Positions 16,434 to 20,000 of a DNA stretch of 20,000 nucleotides are shown one piece after another. Origin of the DNA: an uncultured virus (IMG/VR IMGVR_UViG_3300031250_000001). Lineage: Duplodnaviria; Heunggongvirae; Uroviricota; Caudoviricetes. A model generated the notes under the pieces. The model had not been told where the DNA came from. It did not search any database and worked only from the letters and a program-made list of their open reading frames with translations. The DNA lies in the IMG/VR virus record IMGVR_UViG_3300031250_000001; one strand, 5' to 3'. Position 1 is the stretch's first letter, and the number at the start of each line of letters is the position of its first letter. A program made the translations under genes and the position numbers.

Positions 16434-16865
16434 ATGACCGACGCAGACCGCGAACAGCTCGCCGCGCTGGTGGCGGCGAAGCTGAGCAAGCGCCCGGCGC
16501 AGCGCCCAATTCTGCAGGCGCTCCTGGGCGCATCGCTCACCGTCATGGGCGGCGTCTGCTCGGCGACCTTCGGCATGTGCCACGTGCGCGACGACTATCG
16601 CGACGAGTTTCGCGACATGAAGCAGTCGACCACACAGGCTGCCGCGGCGATTGTGCGCGTGGAGACGGAATCGAAAGAACGCGACGACAAGCTCGACCTG
16701 AAGCTCGACAAGGCCACGACGTGGCTCGACCAGCGCATCGACAAGGCGATGGCCGATCACATGCAGTATCAGCACAACAAGCGCGGAACGTCGGGCGCGA
16801 GCTTCCCACTGCGGCCGCCGTGGCTGCTCGTTGACGCGCCGATCACGCTCGGGTTGTTTCCATGA
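16434..16865 (+). CDS. Single-TM coiled-coil membrane protein (lysis-associated candidate)
   Basis: Hydrophobic ILQALLGASLTVMGGVCSATFGMC followed by a charged heptad-like region. ATGA overlap with the lysozyme gene. Confidence 0.6.
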   Translation: MTDADREQLAALVAAKLSKRPAQRPILQALLGASLTVMGGVCSATFGMCHVRDDYRDEFRDMKQSTTQAAAAIVRVETESKERDDKLDLKLDKATTWLDQRIDKAMADHMQYQHNKRGTSGASFPLRPPWLLVDAPITLGLFP

Positions 16866-17290
16866 ACGTCACCGCCGCCGGCATCGACCTTATTCGTCGC
16901 TTCGAGGGCTGCAGGCTCGTCGTCTACTACGATCCGGTCCGCCTGAGCACGGTGGGATTCGGCCACCGCACCTCACTGAAGGTCGGCCAGCGCATCACGC
17001 AGGCACAAGCGGACCAGTGGCTTGCCGGTGACGTCGAGGACGTGGCGTGTCGCCTCCGTCCCCTGATCGACCCGCCGCTCTCCGACAATCAGTTTTCGGC
17101 GATCGCCTCTTTCGCGTTCAACTGCGGCGTTGGCGCGTTTGCGAAGTCGACCATCCGCGATGCGGTCAACGCCAAGCGCTTCGATGAGGTGCCGGCGCGG
17201 CTGATGCTGTGGACGAAGGCGAAGGGGAAGGAGCTGCCGGGGCTGGTCGCGCGGCGCAGGGCCGAAGGGGAGCTGTGGCAGTGCGCCTAA
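16862..17290 (+). CDS. Endolysin, GH24 phage lysozyme (RrrD/T4-like muramidase)
   Basis: GIDLIRRFEGCRLVVYYDPVRLSTVGFGH contains the E-x8-D-x5-T catalytic triad. Also LSDNQFSAIASFAFNCG and LPGLVARRRAE. No N-terminal SAR segment. Confidence 0.95.
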   Translation: MNVTAAGIDLIRRFEGCRLVVYYDPVRLSTVGFGHRTSLKVGQRITQAQADQWLAGDVEDVACRLRPLIDPPLSDNQFSAIASFAFNCGVGAFAKSTIRDAVNAKRFDEVPARLMLWTKAKGKELPGLVARRRAEGELWQCA

Positions 17291-17655
17291 ACCTCCCACC
17301 GCGCCCGCTCCGCCACGACATCGTCGAGCAGCTGCACGACGCCTACGCCGAGCCGCGGTTGACCGACATTCGGGCGGCGCTCGCACTCCTCGCGAAGCAC
17401 TACGACCTGCCGGCGCCGCGCGTCACGTGGCTGAAGGATCGCCAGCGACGCGACCGCTACGGCGACACGCGGCCGTGCGGCACGGTGGCGCTCATGCGGC
17501 CGGTGCAGTGGCGTCGGCAGCGCAAGCCGGGCGCGCTGGTGGATGAGCGTTCATGGGTCACGACCGCGTTGCACGAAGCCTACCACTACCTTTGGTGGGT
17601 GCAGGACGAACGCAAAGCCGACGCGTTTGCGGCGGCCATGGTGGAGGGGTTGTGA
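17281..17655 (+). CDS. Minimal zincin metallopeptidase (HExxH; ImmA/IrrE M78-like)
   Basis: TALHEAYH followed by DERKADAFA, resembling the E..A..FA third-ligand helix of ImmA/IrrE peptidases. Start is probably GTG 17275 or 17281 after GGGGAG. Confidence 0.68.
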   Translation: MRLNLPPRPLRHDIVEQLHDAYAEPRLTDIRAALALLAKHYDLPAPRVTWLKDRQRRDRYGDTRPCGTVALMRPVQWRRQRKPGALVDERSWVTTALHEAYHYLWWVQDERKADAFAAAMVEGL

Positions 17656-18008
17656 GGGAAGATCTCGTTTCCTATTCAACCGGCGCAACACGCTCGAAGC
17701 TCGCCGTCGACTGGCACTTGCTGCCCGTCGAATCGCTGCGCGCCTGGGGCGAGCGCAACCAGCAGGGCGCCGCCGTCCATGGGCCGCGCAACTGGATGCA
17801 GGGCATGAGCTACGAGGTGATCTTCAGCCATGCGCTCGAACATTTGCTCAGGCTGAAAGAGCGGCTCGACCGCGGCGAGCGGTTTGACCCGGCCAAGCAC
17901 GACGGCGATGCGGCGGCGGTCATGTGGGCCGGCGCCGCGTTCACCTATTTCGAGCGCGGCGCGGCGACCGAAGAGGCGCGCGCGGCGTTCTATGCGAAGG
18001 CGGATTGA
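17652..18008 (+). CDS. dATP/dGTP diphosphohydrolase-like domain protein (DUF5664-type)
   Basis: GTGA-coupled start (VREDLVSYSTGATRS...). STGA.R, WHLLP..SL, GAAVHGPRNWMQG and SHALEHL follow the family pattern (GA.KYG..NW..G....A.RHL). Confidence 0.75.
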   Translation: MREDLVSYSTGATRSKLAVDWHLLPVESLRAWGERNQQGAAVHGPRNWMQGMSYEVIFSHALEHLLRLKERLDRGERFDPAKHDGDAAAVMWAGAAFTYFERGAATEEARAAFYAKAD

Positions 18009-18018
18009 GGAGGCGGTG

Positions 18019-19239
18019 ATGACCACCAAACCAAAACTGAATCCCACGACATCGCGTTGTCGACGCTGCGGAACGACCAAGAACCTCTCCATCGATCATT
18101 CCAATGCCAGTGGCGTCCGGTCGCTTTGTCGCAAATGCAGCGCCGACGACTCGCGGCGCTATCGGCAAGAGAAGCGCAAGCAGGCCGGCGCCACACAGAC
18201 GCGCAGCAACTCGCCGACGATACAGCCCATCAACGAGGTGCAACTCGTCGAGCAGATGCGGCGACTCCTGACCACGCGCAACCGCAAGCCGTGGACGGTC
18301 GACGAGCTCTCCGATGCGTTCAATGTCGGCGTGTCGCGCATTAAGCAAACGCTCGAACAGCTCGACGCCGCACACATCAACCTGCAGCGCTCGAAGGAAA
18401 CGGGCGGGTTTTGGGTGTCGCCGGACATCGCCGTCCGCGACCCGCTGGTGATTCCGACCGCCTCGCTACGCGGCAAGCCGTATCGGTTCGCGCTGACCGC
18501 CGACAATCATCTGTGCAGCAAGTACGCACGGATGGATGTGCTGAACGCGCTCTATGACCTCTGGGCGGAGCGCGGCATTGATACGGTTTACCAGTGCGGG
18601 AACATGATCGACGGCGAGGCACGGTTCAACAAAGGCGATCTCGTCGCATTCGGGATCGAGGGGCAGACCGACTACTTCGTCGAGAACTGGCCCCAGCGCA
18701 AAGGCATGACGACCTACTTTGTGACCGGAGACGACCACGAGGGCTGGTACGTGCAGCGCGAGCACGTCGACATCGGCCAACTCATGGAAGACAAGGCGCG
18801 GCGCGCGGGGCGTACCGACTTGGTCTACCTCGGCCACATGGAACACGACCTCGTGTTTCAGGCGAAGAACGGCAAGGCGACTGGACGCATCATCCACGCC
18901 GGCGGCGGCAGTGCGTACGCGACTAGCTACAGCGTCCAGAAGATCGTGGAGAGTTACCAGGGCGGACAGAAGCCCCAGTTTCTCGGCGTTGGCCACTATC
19001 ACAAGTTCGACGTCAGCCACCCGCGCGAAGTCTACACCGTGCAGTGCGGTGCGACGCAGGACCAGACGCCGTTTCTACGCAAGAACAAGATTCAATCCAT
19101 GCTCGGCGGCTGCGAGATTAGCTTTGAGCAGTCCGACGACGGCGTGCTGCACGGATTCACGACGCGCTGGGATCCGTTCTTTGACCGCGCGTTCTATGCC
19201 GACAAGCAGTGGAAATATCAGTGGCGGGGCGCCGCATGA
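18019..19239 (+). CDS. Zn-finger + winged HTH + calcineurin-like metallophosphoesterase (406 aa)
   Basis: GAGGAGG upstream of ATG 18019. CRRC...IDH...LCRKC; WTVDELSDAFNVGVSRIKQTLEQL; ADNHL, CGNMIDG, VTGDDHE, IIHAGGG and GHYH. Confidence 0.82.
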   Translation: MTTKPKLNPTTSRCRRCGTTKNLSIDHSNASGVRSLCRKCSADDSRRYRQEKRKQAGATQTRSNSPTIQPINEVQLVEQMRRLLTTRNRKPWTVDELSDAFNVGVSRIKQTLEQLDAAHINLQRSKETGGFWVSPDIAVRDPLVIPTASLRGKPYRFALTADNHLCSKYARMDVLNALYDLWAERGIDTVYQCGNMIDGEARFNKGDLVAFGIEGQTDYFVENWPQRKGMTTYFVTGDDHEGWYVQREHVDIGQLMEDKARRAGRTDLVYLGHMEHDLVFQAKNGKATGRIIHAGGGSAYATSYSVQKIVESYQGGQKPQFLGVGHYHKFDVSHPREVYTVQCGATQDQTPFLRKNKIQSMLGGCEISFEQSDDGVLHGFTTRWDPFFDRAFYADKQWKYQWRGAA

Positions 19240-19628
19240 CCCCCCTCGTCCTCTCTCTCATCCAGCTCGGTCTCCCGCCGACCATCGAGCTCATCTCCAC
19301 GCTCGGCTCACTGGTCGCCGCACTCATCCGCCGCAACATCAGTCCGCCGTGGGCCGTCGGCGTCGCGGTGCAGATCCTTCAGCAAGAGGCGGCAAACAAC
19401 CCGTACGACACGGGATCGGAGCATCAGGAACGATGCAAGGCGGCGATCGCGCAGCAGCTCAGCAACAGCGGGACGCCGGGGACCGAGCAAGACGTGCAGC
19501 AGCTCTACGATTTAGCGCTGCAGCGAATCCGGTTCGACTTGGGCCTACAGACAACCGTCGGGCAACCGACACCAACAATGGAGGTGGATGATGTGGATGC
19601 AAAGAGGGATGTGTATCGTCGCAGTTAG
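19236..19628 (+). CDS. Membrane-associated protein, LL-H-like holin or inner-membrane spanin candidate
   Basis: ATGA-coupled start (MTPLVLSLIQLG...) with a hydrophobic N-terminal region. GSEHQERCKAAIAQQL...EQDVQQLYDLAL loosely resembles the G.EK...A....I...IE.AV pattern of LL-H holins. Confidence 0.5.
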   Translation: MTPLVLSLIQLGLPPTIELISTLGSLVAALIRRNISPPWAVGVAVQILQQEAANNPYDTGSEHQERCKAAIAQQLSNSGTPGTEQDVQQLYDLALQRIRFDLGLQTTVGQPTPTMEVDDVDAKRDVYRRS

Positions 19629-20000
19629 TCTTCTGGCCGGCTGCTCCGCGCAGCAGCAACCCGCGCCCAACCGCGATCAGCAGATTGTCGCCGGCGCACA
19701 AATCCTCGGCGCCGGCTGTGTCGTGCTCGCGCAGGAGCTGAACGCGGCAGAGCTCAGCGAGGCGCGTGTCGCCAACGCGGCAGCCTTGGCGGTGCTGTCT
19801 CAGCCCGCGCCGGATCTCGCGACGCTCAAGGCCGCGTTCGATGCGTCGCCGCTCCCGCCCAAATACTCATTGCTGGTTGCGATCCTCGTGCAGCAGCTAA
19901 AGGTGCAGTACGGCGACCAGTTGCCGGCGGATTCGGTGGCCGTGCAGGCAGCGGATGCGTTCCTGACGACGTGTCAGACGGCGTTGGGCGAGACGGCGAT
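19591..20000 (+). CDS. Lipoprotein, 3'-truncated by window edge (spanin candidate); not in ORF track
   Basis: GGAGGTGG Shine-Dalgarno, then MWMQRGMCIVAVSLLAG|CSAQQQPAPNRDQQIVAGAQILGAGCVVLAQEL... The lipobox LAGC is at 19633-19644 and the frame is open to the window end. Confidence 0.75.
   Translation, partial: MWMQRGMCIVAVSLLAGCSAQQQPAPNRDQQIVAGAQILGAGCVVLAQELNAAELSEARVANAAALAVLSQPAPDLATLKAAFDASPLPPKYSLLVAILVQQLKVQYGDQLPADSVAVQAADAFLTTCQTALGETA

Larger units (their letters stand above)
1..20000 (+). mobile_element. Siphovirus-like phage or prophage late region (head-tail-lysis)
   Basis: Canonical gene order from capsid through adaptor, neck, terminator, tube, chaperone, tape measure, tip and fibre to lysis. 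No integrase or att site is in the window, so lifestyle cannot be determined. Confidence 0.95.

Noticed and set aside
17652..18008. Z-base (2-aminoadenine) or other modified-DNA pathway implied by the DUF5664-type gene
   Set aside because: No purZ, HD dATPase or polymerase gene is in this window, and the domain alone is insufficient evidence.
1..20000. Stop-codon reassignment
   Set aside because: TAA, TAG and TGA all terminate genes at sensible, tightly coupled boundaries, and coding density is near complete under the standard code.

Overview
This window is the late-gene region of a high-GC tailed phage or prophage with siphovirus-like gene order and no sheath gene. Almost all genes are on the + strand and tightly coupled by ATGA/GTGA/TGATG overlaps. 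In order: 3' part of the major capsid gene, small virion proteins, head-tail adaptor, neck and tail-terminator proteins, tail tube, a tail assembly chaperone with a clear -1 frameshift site (A AAA AAC plus hairpin), tape measure protein, Dit-like protein, a large LamG/hub/CBM-like tail-tip protein, a fibre-like protein, membrane proteins and a GH24 lysozyme. These are followed by a HExxH peptidase, a DUF5664-type dNTP diphosphohydrolase-like protein, a Zn-finger/wHTH/metallophosphoesterase, a holin- or spanin-like protein and a lipoprotein running off the end. The most unusual points are: (1) the tail-fibre-like protein has an apparent Sec signal peptide and paired cysteines, suggesting a fibre that folds in the periplasm; (2) an antisense moron with a putative promoter of its own sits between the chaperone and tape measure genes and encodes a secreted protein with a single dockerin-like EF-hand motif I associate with Candidatus Binatia; (3) a three-enzyme module interrupts the lysis genes. 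All family calls come from motif recognition and synteny; no database search was run.
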